DNA from: Candidatus Heimdallarchaeota archaeon
GTDB lineage: Archaea; Asgardarchaeota; Heimdallarchaeia; Heimdallarchaeales; Heimdallarchaeaceae
NCBI GenBank assembly: GCA_016840095.1
Contig: JAEOSZ010000034.1
Coordinates: forward strand, 1 to 43,848
Reading direction: 5' to 3'
DNA length: 43,848 nt
This document shows positions 1 to 8,501 of the stretch, piece by piece; the stretch's first letter is position 1, and every line of letters begins with the position of its first letter. The position numbers were made by a program, and so were the translations under genes. The notes beneath the pieces were generated by a model. That model was not told the DNA's origin, ran no database searches, and saw nothing but the letters and a program-made list of their open reading frames with translations.

Positions 1-2
1 AT

Positions 3-140
3 GTTGTCTCATATCTGAAAGATCACAAAATTGTTCACTTTGAAGATAAAAACAAGATTGAAGATTGGTTATTTGATTTAGCAATCGAACAAGGATTCGA
101 AGATATTGTCAAAAAAGTTAGAAAAACTAAAAAGAAATAG
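3..140 (+). CDS. 3' end of a CDS truncated by the window start (VVSYLKDHKIVHFEDKNKIEDWLFDLAIEQGFEDIVKKVRKTKKK*), function unknown
   Basis: Open frame from the window edge to TAG at 138-140, followed by a T-rich tract; not in the ORF track. Confidence 0.6.
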   Translation, partial: VVSYLKDHKIVHFEDKNKIEDWLFDLAIEQGFEDIVKKVRKTKKK

Positions 141-283
141 AAAAATTCATTTTTATTTTTTGTCGGCATTCTTTTTCATTTTCATGTGTCAAAGCCTCAC
201 AATCTCCAAAATCGGGATTCATGGCCTTTTTGTATAAATATTTATAGCTCAAAACCGTCGTTTTAGTTTAAGGAGTGTTTAAA

Positions 284-1204
284 ATGGAAGAAGAATTTAA
301 AGATGAAATTCCAGAAGAAACCGAAGATGAAATTACTGAAGAAGAACTCGAAGAAGAGCTCACAGAAGAAGAAAAAGAAGAAGTAGAAGATGAACTTGAA
401 GAGCTTGAAAAGGAAGATTATGGACTTCCAGATGATGTTGAAGAGGAACTTGAAGAAGAACTTGAAGAAATAAAAGAAGAGCTTGAAGAAGAGCTTGAAG
501 AAGAGCTTGAAGAAAAGGAAGACGATGCTGAAGATTATTTTGATACACTTAAACAAATTTCTACTGATAAAGATGACATTGAAGAGATAGAAGAAGAAGC
601 AGCTGAAGAACTAATTGAAGAAGCTGTTGAAGATGTAGTTGAAGACTTAGTTGAAGAGATGGGAGAAGAAGTTGCTGAAGACGATCTTGAAGATGTTGTT
701 GAGGAAGTTACAGAAGATGTGCTAGATGAACCGGAAGAGGAGATCATACAGGAGGTTGAAGAAATCGAAGAAGACGTCGAAGAAGTTGTTGCTGAACATG
801 TATACAAACCTACACCAGTTGATGATGTGATTCCTGATGAACTTGAGAAAAGTGGCGGTGATATCCAGATTATTTTGAAAGATGTTGATGGAGCTTTGAT
901 TCCATATGGTTACGATCTAATCAAAGGTAAAATTGCTATACAACATGATGAAGCAATGAAGGTTAAGCTTGCCTTCTCCTGGTTTTACAAGCAAAACAAG
1001 AACGTTGAAGAGATATTTGGTGCTACAAGACTAAACATTGATTTGATTAATGAAATTCTCATAAACCCGTTCTACTTTGGTAAAGTTTATTTCCAAGGAG
1101 CTCTAGTTAAGGGAAACTTTGAACCAATTTTAACAGAAAGATATTGCAATTTAAACAATATAAATACTGAAGAAATTGAAGAGAAATATCTATCTACAAA
1201 ATAA
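284..1204 (+). CDS. Hyperacidic low-complexity protein with a C-terminal Recombinase (PF07508-like) domain
   Basis: GGAG at 272-275 favours ATG 284 over GTG 275; ~175 aa D/E-rich N-terminus; C-terminal PYGY...EA..V...F...IL.NPFY.G...G.FEPIL pattern. Confidence 0.75.
   Translation: MEEEFKDEIPEETEDEITEEELEEELTEEEKEEVEDELEELEKEDYGLPDDVEEELEEELEEIKEELEEELEEELEEKEDDAEDYFDTLKQISTDKDDIEEIEEEAAEELIEEAVEDVVEDLVEEMGEEVAEDDLEDVVEEVTEDVLDEPEEEIIQEVEEIEEDVEEVVAEHVYKPTPVDDVIPDELEKSGGDIQIILKDVDGALIPYGYDLIKGKIAIQHDEAMKVKLAFSWFYKQNKNVEEIFGATRLNIDLINEILINPFYFGKVYFQGALVKGNFEPILTERYCNLNNINTEEIEEKYLSTK
476..511 (+). repeat. Coding tandem repeat GAAGAGCTTGAA x3 (EELE units), with degenerate copies at about 340-365 and 440-469
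   Basis: Read directly from the sequence. Confidence 0.9.
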
Positions 1205-1243
1205 TTTAACAAACCTATTGGAAGACTTTCTTCCAGTTATTTT

Positions 1244-2053
1244 TTACTTTTCTAACCCATAAGCTTGTTCAATTAATTCAGCTAGTCTCGCTACAAATCT
1301 AGTAGCGGGACCACCATCAACAATATTGTGGTCAATTTGGATAGTAAGGTTCAAAAACTCGTGTTCTACCATTTTACCCGCAGATATTACTGGTTTGTTT
1401 TTTATTCCACCTATAGCAATATTCATAGTATTACTAGGAAAAGGAATACCCCATCCAGCTATGTTTTTTCCAAACATTCCTAATGCAGTGACACCAATTG
1501 TTCCAGCATTTTCTAAAAAGAATTTAGTATTTGTCAGTTTTCTTTTAACAACAATCTTCCTAGCGAACTTAGGAATAAGTGAATAGATTTTCATGAAGAA
1601 TTTTGGGGTTCCTTCAACTAATTGATTTCCCTCTTCCACTTCTATTTCTTGAGCTTCCCTTATTTCATTAGTGATTTCTTGTACAGTTTTTGTATTGGCA
1701 AATTTAATGAGATAATTAATAGGTACTTTCTTTCCAGATCGGGTCGTACGCTCAACCATTGTTCTAACATGAGCATTATCAAAGATTATCAGTTTGTTTT
1801 TTTTGGTCCTAAATGCATGAACTTCTTTGTGTTCACTTACTGCTTGGGCAATACATTTTATTATCCAACCTGTAAATGATAATCTGCTTCCAGTTTGTTT
1901 TTCATATTGTTTGATCCTTTTTCTGGCTTTATCTACATCTAGTTCGACTAAACCAACCATTGATGTTCGTTTAGTAGTTATCTCATAGACCTCTGTTAAT
2001 GCTTGCCGAATCTTTGAAAACTCTTTTAGTTCATAATTGCCAAATTCCTTCAT
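1244..2053 (-). CDS. Stand-alone 2-oxoacid dehydrogenase E2 acyltransferase catalytic domain protein (CAT-like fold)
   Basis: LSFTGWIIKCIAQAVSEHKEVHA, GTIGVTALG and the DHNIVDGG (HxxxDG) catalytic motif; no lipoyl domain. Confidence 0.85.
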   Translation of the reverse strand: MKEFGNYELKEFSKIRQALTEVYEITTKRTSMVGLVELDVDKARKRIKQYEKQTGSRLSFTGWIIKCIAQAVSEHKEVHAFRTKKNKLIIFDNAHVRTMVERTTRSGKKVPINYLIKFANTKTVQEITNEIREAQEIEVEEGNQLVEGTPKFFMKIYSLIPKFARKIVVKRKLTNTKFFLENAGTIGVTALGMFGKNIAGWGIPFPSNTMNIAIGGIKNKPVISAGKMVEHEFLNLTIQIDHNIVDGGPATRFVARLAELIEQAYGLEK

Positions 2054-2333
2054 TAGTTCAATTCCTTTCCTTATTAAGAATAAAACACTATGTTGAATTA
2101 AAATTTTTGTTCTTTCAAAATAAAAACAAGCCTTTATTAGTTGATCTTACACTGATTTAATCAAAACAGGGGAGTTAATTTGAAAAAGAAAACTGAAAGA
2201 CAGAGACGAATAATCTCATAACAAAATAGAATTTTACCGAATGCTAATTCTAGTCAAAGAAGGAAAAGATTTAGTTATAAAGTGAATGCTAACATTTTTT
2301 AATACTTTCAGCTTATTTTTCTATTGAGGGAAA

Positions 2334-2636
2334 ATGGAAAAATATATTTATTGTAATCAATGTAACGCTAAGAATGATTCTTTTAATGAATTCTGTACTG
2401 AATGTGGAAAAAGAATTGATGATTCTACTGCTGGTTCTCATACTGTGTATACTAATAATACTAGAGAACGTGTGATGTCTGGTTCTTTTGATGCATTACC
2501 TGGAGCTCCTAAATATGGAAAGGAAAGAAATAAGACGAAAAATATTCTCAGTATACTTGCTGTTCTAATATTTGGTGCAGTTGCTGCTATTGTATTTTGG
2601 CAAGTTTATGAAAATGTTGTAAATAACTTTCCTTAA
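2334..2636 (+). CDS. Zinc-ribbon protein with a C-terminal transmembrane helix
   Basis: CNQC...FCTECG; hydrophobic ILSILAVLIFGAVAAIVFW. Confidence 0.75.
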   Translation: MEKYIYCNQCNAKNDSFNEFCTECGKRIDDSTAGSHTVYTNNTRERVMSGSFDALPGAPKYGKERNKTKNILSILAVLIFGAVAAIVFWQVYENVVNNFP

Positions 2637-2666
2637 CCTGAAGCTCCATATCTCTTTGGAATAATC

Positions 2667-3008
2667 TCAACTTACTCCTTCTGCAAGAAGCTCTCCTATT
2701 GTATCTGCTGTCATGCTAAAAAAAGAAACGAGATCTTCTCTAGAGTGTAAGAGATCATATAGGTTCTTCATAGGTAAGTCTCGTCCATAGTCATCTACAA
2801 AAACAATTTCATATCCCAACCCTTTACCAAGGTTGCTTTGTTCCTTTAACCACTCTCTTTGTTCCTCAAAGAAGTTCTGCAGGAAATCCTTGACATTAGT
2901 GATGTTGCTCAATTTATATCTAGTTAATTCCAGTTTCTTTTCCTTATCTTCTGCATAGATTTTGAATACCATTTTCCAAGTCAAATCAAACACCCAAATG
3001 AGTTTCAT
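2667..3008 (-). CDS. Hypothetical protein, possibly beta-grasp fold
   Basis: 113-aa ORF filling the gap between neighbours; no firm family match. Confidence 0.6.
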   Translation of the reverse strand: MKLIWVFDLTWKMVFKIYAEDKEKKLELTRYKLSNITNVKDFLQNFFEEQREWLKEQSNLGKGLGYEIVFVDDYGRDLPMKNLYDLLHSREDLVSFFSMTADTIGELLAEGVS

Positions 3009-3158
3009 CTACTTATATAGCATTTAGTATATAAAGCGATGAATTACTTTCTCGAGTTTAAATATGAATCTATACGGATTTTCATTCTTGTATGAACGAA
3101 AAACTATAAGTTTTTAAACACACCATCGACCTCTAGAGTAGACAAGAAAGGTGATTAA

Positions 3159-3341
3159 ATGGGTCACGGTTCGCTCCAAAAAGCAGGAAAAGTTAGAAAA
3201 CAAACTCCCAAAGTTGAAGGAAAAGTAAGACACAGTCCTATTCCAAGAAGGGGCTTAAGAAATAAATACGTTAAACGAGTTATTCTAGGTCGTTTTCCAG
3301 GTCAAGCTCAGAGTATGGGAGCTAAGCGTCGTTCCAGATAA
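3159..3341 (+). CDS. rps30e: 30S ribosomal protein S30e
   Basis: HGSLQKAGKVRKQTPKV signature; AGGTGA SD immediately upstream. Confidence 0.97.
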   Translation: MGHGSLQKAGKVRKQTPKVEGKVRHSPIPRRGLRNKYVKRVILGRFPGQAQSMGAKRRSR

Positions 3342-3373
3342 CATTTTCTATTTATTTTATAGATTGTTTTCAA

Positions 3374-4963
3374 ATGAATATTCGTGATAGAGCTCTATTT
3401 GAAATTAAAGAAAAACTACTATTTTTAGATGAACCTAATAAGAAAATTCTAGATCAAGTTAAACGTGATGTTGCTAAAAAGTATAAACTCAAAGATTTTC
3501 CTAAGAATAGCGAGATTCTAGCTATTTGTGATATTGAGGAGAGAGATTTACTCCTACCGATACTTATGAAGAGGATTGTGCGAACACTATCTGGAGTTGC
3601 AGTTATAGCAGCAATGACCCGTCCTTGGGAATGCCCCCATGGGAAATGCATAATGTGTCCAGGAGGTCCAGATATTGAACGACCTCAGAGCTATACCGGT
3701 TATGAACCTACAACAATGAGGGGTATACGAAACAATTTCGACCCATATCTTCAGGTTATTGACAGAATTAAACAACTTGAGTCTATTGGACATTCAACAG
3801 AGAAAATTGATGCAATTATAATGGGTGGAACTTTCACTAACCAACCCACTGAATATCAGCAATGGTTTATTCAAAGAATGTTTGATGCCTTTAATGAAGT
3901 TGACTCAAAAGATATTCATAAAGCCCATGAAATAAACGAAACAGCTGTTCATAGATGTATAGGTTTGACAGCTGAGACAAGACCTGATCAGATTAATCAA
4001 GAGAAAATTAATCACCTTATTGATTATGGAGTTACTAGATTAGAAGTTGGAGTTCAATCAGTTTTTGACGATGTTCTAGAAAAAATGCAACGTGGTCATG
4101 GAGTAAAAGAGACAACTGAAGCTTTTCAATTCATCAAAGATTCCGGACTCAAAATTACTGCTCACATGATGCCTGGATTACCTGGTTCAACAATAGATAG
4201 AGATATTGAATCTTTCAAGATTTTGTTCAATGATTCTAGATTTCGTCCAGATGAACTAAAAATCTATCCTACAATGGTTATACCTGGAACAAAATTATTT
4301 GACGACTATCAAAATGGTGATTATTCGCCTCTTACAAATGAATCAGCTGCACGATTGATAGCGAAGATAAAAGAATTTGTACCTCCTTATGTTAGAATTA
4401 AGAGGGTTCTTAGAGATATTCCAGCTCATCAAATAGCAGCTGGTCCGAATAAAAGTGATTTGAGATTAGATGTTCAAGCTATTCTTGAAAAAGAAGGGAA
4501 GAAATGTCAGTGTATTCGATGTAGAGAAGTGGGGCATTTAATTTACAAGAAGAATATGCAGATAGATCAGAACAAAATTGAATTAATTGAGAGATCATAT
4601 GAAGCAAGTGGCGGTGTAGATCATTTTCTGTCTTTTGAAGAGACTGAAAACAATGCTTTAATTGGATTTTTGAGATTAAGAGAACTGAGTGAAAATATAA
4701 TTCGTCCAGAGTTTGATAATTCGACAATTGTTGTTAGGGAATTACATGTCTATGGAGAACTTCTTGGATTGAGAGCATTGAAGAAGAGTTATCTCCAGTG
4801 GCAGCATAAAGGTTACGGAAAGGAACTTATGTCAAGAGCTGAAGAAATTGGAAGAGAAAGAGGTAATGCAAAAATCTCAGTAATATCAGGTGTTGGAGTA
4901 AGAGAATATTATCAAAAGCAAGGCTACTCGAAAGATGGTCCTTACATGTCGAAAAAATTGTGA
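3374..4963 (+). CDS. elp3: tRNA uridine(34) acetyltransferase Elp3 (radical SAM + GNAT)
   Basis: RTLSGVAVIA, CPHGKCIMCPGG, QSYTGYEP, ETRPD, KIYPT, RELHVYG, QHKGYG, ISGVGVREYY. Confidence 0.97.
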   Translation: MNIRDRALFEIKEKLLFLDEPNKKILDQVKRDVAKKYKLKDFPKNSEILAICDIEERDLLLPILMKRIVRTLSGVAVIAAMTRPWECPHGKCIMCPGGPDIERPQSYTGYEPTTMRGIRNNFDPYLQVIDRIKQLESIGHSTEKIDAIIMGGTFTNQPTEYQQWFIQRMFDAFNEVDSKDIHKAHEINETAVHRCIGLTAETRPDQINQEKINHLIDYGVTRLEVGVQSVFDDVLEKMQRGHGVKETTEAFQFIKDSGLKITAHMMPGLPGSTIDRDIESFKILFNDSRFRPDELKIYPTMVIPGTKLFDDYQNGDYSPLTNESAARLIAKIKEFVPPYVRIKRVLRDIPAHQIAAGPNKSDLRLDVQAILEKEGKKCQCIRCREVGHLIYKKNMQIDQNKIELIERSYEASGGVDHFLSFEETENNALIGFLRLRELSENIIRPEFDNSTIVVRELHVYGELLGLRALKKSYLQWQHKGYGKELMSRAEEIGRERGNAKISVISGVGVREYYQKQGYSKDGPYMSKKL

Positions 4964-5043
4964 ATCTTTCAATACTTGTTTACAAGGCTAAACTTATAAT
5001 TGCTTCCTCTTCATGGATTTTAGAAAGAATTAAGGGTTGAAAT

Positions 5044-6036
5044 ATGTCTCAGAGCAATAGGTTATCAATTCTATCAAATGTGGAACACATTCTACATGCA
5101 AATGGATATGCTATAACCACATTATCTGCTGGTAGCAAAGCTTGCTTTGATATTATTGCAAAGAAAAGAGATCAATTAATTATTATCAAAGTTGAACCTT
5201 ACATTGACAATTTCAATCGAGACAATTCATATGAACTGAAGAATATTGCTTCTTTTCTAAATGCATCCCCATTAATTATAGGTGAACGAGGAAGACGTTT
5301 CTCTGAAATTGATGATGGTTTAGTTCTCCTTAGATATGGTATCCCTGTTGTTAGCAGTGAAACTTTTACCAATCTAATCTCTCATGGAGTCCCCCCTATA
5401 GTTTATTGCAGTAAAGGTGGCTACTTCGTTCAGATTAACAGGAAAATACTTAGACAAGCTAGAATAGAGAAGAATCTAAGTTATGCAGATTTAGCACATC
5501 TTGTAGGTGTATCTAGAAGAACAATTTATGAATATGAACATTCGATAAACCCAACTCCCACTACAGCTGCAAAATTAGAAGAAATACTCGATTCTCCAAT
5601 TGCTCAAGGAATTAAGATCTTCAACATAGACATTGAGAAAGAAGAAAGACCTCAATTTTCAACAGAAAATCTTTCTGGTTTCAAAGAAGAAATCTCAGGG
5701 ATTCTTGAAGAACTAGGATTTTTTACTCAATTCTGGACTCGCCAATCTCCTTTCGATGCTTTTGGAGAACAAAAGAATCTTGATTTTCATAGTGGAATGA
5801 ATATTTTAGTTTGTGTTGATGAACTTCAGCAGAAAAACGTCGTTGAAAGAGCTATTTTAACACAAGATATAGCCTCCTTAACTAAACGCAGAGCTGTAAT
5901 GATAGTAGAAGATTCTGACGATTCTTTGACTCAGAGTATCCCAACATTTACTGTTGACGAACTTAATCAAATGAAGAAAGCTTTTGATCTAGTTAAGAAT
6001 TGGGTTAAAAAGTATTCAAATATAAAAGAAAGTTAA
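5044..6036 (+). CDS. Archaeal HTH transcriptional regulator (COG1395-like: nuclease-like fold plus Cro/C1 HTH)
   Basis: CFDIIAKK, PLIIGER, RYGIPV, GGYFVQI, LSYADLAHLVGVSRRTIYEYE, PFDA. Confidence 0.88.
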   Translation: MSQSNRLSILSNVEHILHANGYAITTLSAGSKACFDIIAKKRDQLIIIKVEPYIDNFNRDNSYELKNIASFLNASPLIIGERGRRFSEIDDGLVLLRYGIPVVSSETFTNLISHGVPPIVYCSKGGYFVQINRKILRQARIEKNLSYADLAHLVGVSRRTIYEYEHSINPTPTTAAKLEEILDSPIAQGIKIFNIDIEKEERPQFSTENLSGFKEEISGILEELGFFTQFWTRQSPFDAFGEQKNLDFHSGMNILVCVDELQQKNVVERAILTQDIASLTKRRAVMIVEDSDDSLTQSIPTFTVDELNQMKKAFDLVKNWVKKYSNIKES

Positions 6037-6045
6037 GTTGAGCAG

Positions 6046-6729
6046 TTATTTTTGCCCAACAATCATAATATGGTCTTTTTCATAAGGTTCAAGATTTATA
6101 GTTTCAAGAACTTTCAAACCATATGATTCTAGTTTGTCAATTACTTCTTTGAAAATTATTTTAGGGTCCTTAGTAACATCTATGCTTCGAGCTTTAACAG
6201 CTAAGAAGAAGTATCCACCATCTTTGAGATAGGTCTTAATGTTGTTATTTAGAATCTCTGCTTGAAATGGTTGCGCAACATCCTCGTAAACAATATCTAC
6301 TTGTAGAACGGTATTACTATATTCTTCAGGAAATCTTGCATCTGCATGAAGAGGAATAATATTTTTTCTTCTTTCAGCAACAACTATAAGATCACTCATT
6401 GATCTTGCAGAAAACTCCACAGCAAAGATCAGACCTTCATCTCCAACTATATCTGATATGTGAGAGACAGTTGTTCCAGATGCAGCCCCTAAGTATAAGA
6501 TTTTGGTTCCTTTATTTAGAGGAAATGTTTTAAGCTTCTTGAAAATAGCCGCACCTAGTTTACTCTTGTAGGGATCAAAAGTTCTGTATTCAATCCCTTC
6601 TTCTGTCAGTAATCTTTCAGTATAGACTTTCTTTCCTGGGTCAGCATTAACTGTTGCTAACCTTTTGTTTCCGTCTTTTGTTGTTAGCCAATATAGATTT
6701 TCAAATTGGTGTTTTTCTGGGTTTGACAT
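6046..6729 (-). CDS. flpA: Fibrillarin-like rRNA/tRNA 2'-O-methyltransferase
   Basis: SKLGAAI, LYLGAASGTTVSHISD, AVEFS, DVAQP, LEPYEKDH. Confidence 0.97.
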   Translation of the reverse strand: MSNPEKHQFENLYWLTTKDGNKRLATVNADPGKKVYTERLLTEEGIEYRTFDPYKSKLGAAIFKKLKTFPLNKGTKILYLGAASGTTVSHISDIVGDEGLIFAVEFSARSMSDLIVVAERRKNIIPLHADARFPEEYSNTVLQVDIVYEDVAQPFQAEILNNNIKTYLKDGGYFFLAVKARSIDVTKDPKIIFKEVIDKLESYGLKVLETINLEPYEKDHIMIVGQK

Positions 6730-6731
6730 TT

Positions 6732-8021
6732 TTATTTCCTCCTTGGATATTGTTTCTTATATTGAGGTTTTCTTTGACCTCCTTGCTGTCCGCTTCTTTG
6801 TCCACCTTTGTAACTTCCTCGTTTAGGTCTTGGTTGTGATGGTTGAAAGCTTCTATCAACAGGTGGTTTCTTCCCTTCGGGTGGGTTCTTGTATTTTTCT
6901 TTAATCTCAGCAATTTTTTGTTCAACTTCTAATCTTAATTGATCACCAATGAAGTCTCCTTGGAATGCATCTACTCTAGCAGCAATTGTTAATTTTCCTG
7001 CTATAGCTCTTGAGATGTTTCCTCTTTGCCACCAAGAGCAACTATGCAGTTCAGGCATTTGATATATTATTCCATGCTTAGGTGGTTTGGCACCTGTTTT
7101 TAGTGCTCTGAATAAGGCTTTTTCTGCACCTAAAAGTTGAACAGTACTTGCAGGTTTCATAGCAATCTCTCTTAACCCTCCAGCCAATGCTATTAATCTA
7201 GCAGCTATTGCAGATCCAACTACTGCTTTCATGTTTGGAGCAATTCTTCCCATCTCTCTTTCAATCCAATTGTCTAACTTGTCTCGTTCTTCATAGAGAT
7301 CAAGTGTTTTCTGAGTCATTTCTTGTAGAGGAAGTAAATCCTTATCTTCGTAGTGTGCACCCATGGATTTAGATGCTAATTCAACAAGTTTCTTACTTCG
7401 TTCGATGGAAAACCCATAATCTTTGATACTATTTTCTGTGAAGTTTTGTCTAGTTCCAATTTCAGTTATTATTTTACACAAGGTTACATGATTTTGGACT
7501 TCTTTCAGAATTTCTGGAAAATGAACCCCATACCATTCTCTAATTCTGGATGTAAAAAGGTTGGTTGTTTTATCTATATCATCCATGGTTAGAATAGCAT
7601 GTACAACGTTTTTATCTATTCTCTGAGAACTATATGCAATACTTTTCTTTGAAAGACCTATACTCACATCTTTTAGTATTTGATTGTATTCTATTTCATC
7701 TTTGATGTAATTTTTTTGGATAAGTATTTCTGGAATCTGTGAAATTAGATTCTGATAGTTTTCAGATTTGATAATAAGTTCACTCTTTATTCCCTTACTT
7801 CTAGAGAAGTTTTGAATATCTACGGAATTGGTTTCTATTGTTTCCTCTTTTAAGTCAGAATAAATCTTTTCCAACTCATCAGATATATTGTACTTTGATA
7901 AATTGTGAATTTTTTCAGCTATTTTTTCAGGGTTCTTTTCATATGCAGTAAACTCTACTAATTTGTCTTGATTATCGAAGATAAAAAATCCTGAAATATT
8001 AGCTATAATTTTAATTGTCAT
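6732..8021 (-). CDS. nop5: Box C/D RNP protein Nop5 (Nop56/58)
   Basis: RIREWYGVHFPE, APN, PASTVQLLGAEKALF, PPKHGIIYQ; basic tail; adjacent to fibrillarin. Confidence 0.96.
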   Translation of the reverse strand: MTIKIIANISGFFIFDNQDKLVEFTAYEKNPEKIAEKIHNLSKYNISDELEKIYSDLKEETIETNSVDIQNFSRSKGIKSELIIKSENYQNLISQIPEILIQKNYIKDEIEYNQILKDVSIGLSKKSIAYSSQRIDKNVVHAILTMDDIDKTTNLFTSRIREWYGVHFPEILKEVQNHVTLCKIITEIGTRQNFTENSIKDYGFSIERSKKLVELASKSMGAHYEDKDLLPLQEMTQKTLDLYEERDKLDNWIEREMGRIAPNMKAVVGSAIAARLIALAGGLREIAMKPASTVQLLGAEKALFRALKTGAKPPKHGIIYQMPELHSCSWWQRGNISRAIAGKLTIAARVDAFQGDFIGDQLRLEVEQKIAEIKEKYKNPPEGKKPPVDRSFQPSQPRPKRGSYKGGQRSGQQGGQRKPQYKKQYPRRK

Positions 8022-8089
8022 CTATCTTTCACAAAAACTGAAAAATAAGAGATAAAAAAGATTTTGTTGCTAATCTTATTTCTCGAAAG

Positions 8090-8368
8090 TTATGCTAAAG
8101 CAATAATCCTTTCCTTACTTTGAGTTATTAGATCCTTTAGATTGTTATCCATTTCAGGGTTTAGTCCAATTAAAGAAGATCTCATGTCTTCAAAATTAGC
8201 TCTGTTAACAAGAACGGTTCTTTCTAATAACTGTCTTACAGTATATCTAATTGCTCGTGGCTTGGTTTCTATTAAGCTGTCAATTATCTCTTTTTGGGTT
8301 AGTGCTCCCTTATCCTCTAATAATTCAATTACTTCAACTGATCCTTTTGGTAGTCTTTCCCTTTTCAT
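8090..8368 (-). CDS. Small winged-helix (MarR/ArsR-like) DNA-binding protein
   Basis: VIELLEDKGALTQKEII...PRAIRYTVRQLLE...DMR; start moved to ATG 8368 because a GTGAT SD-like motif lies upstream. Confidence 0.8.
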   Translation of the reverse strand: MKRERLPKGSVEVIELLEDKGALTQKEIIDSLIETKPRAIRYTVRQLLERTVLVNRANFEDMRSSLIGLNPEMDNNLKDLITQSKERIIALA

Positions 8369-8501
8369 TCCAATCACTTTCTTTGAGCGTATGTGTAAAT
8401 TTTTTCCACATGTGTATATATTTTGCACAGTATTTAAACCTTTCGGAAAACGCTGTGTAAATGCTTACACACTTGAAATGGAAAAAGTGAGAGAAGAAAG
8501 A

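Noticed and set aside
263-807. Antisense ORFs 263-556 (Phe-rich), 360-548 and 535-807 (Ser-rich)
   Set aside because: Shadows of the GAA-rich acidic gene on the opposite strand
880-1204. Integrated mobile element suggested by the Recombinase-like domain
   Set aside because: No catalytic resolvase domain, att-like repeats, phage or plasmid genes, or compositional shift nearby
2169-2301. GGGGAG followed by a TTG-started basic mini-ORF (MKKKTERQRRIIS*), with the frame staying open after the stop
   Set aside because: Only 13 codons before TAA and no recognisable homology; may be a gene remnant but cannot be supported
6701-6925. 74-aa ORF overlapping the nop5 3' end in another frame
   Set aside because: Alternative frame of the low-complexity basic Nop5 tail, with no independent support
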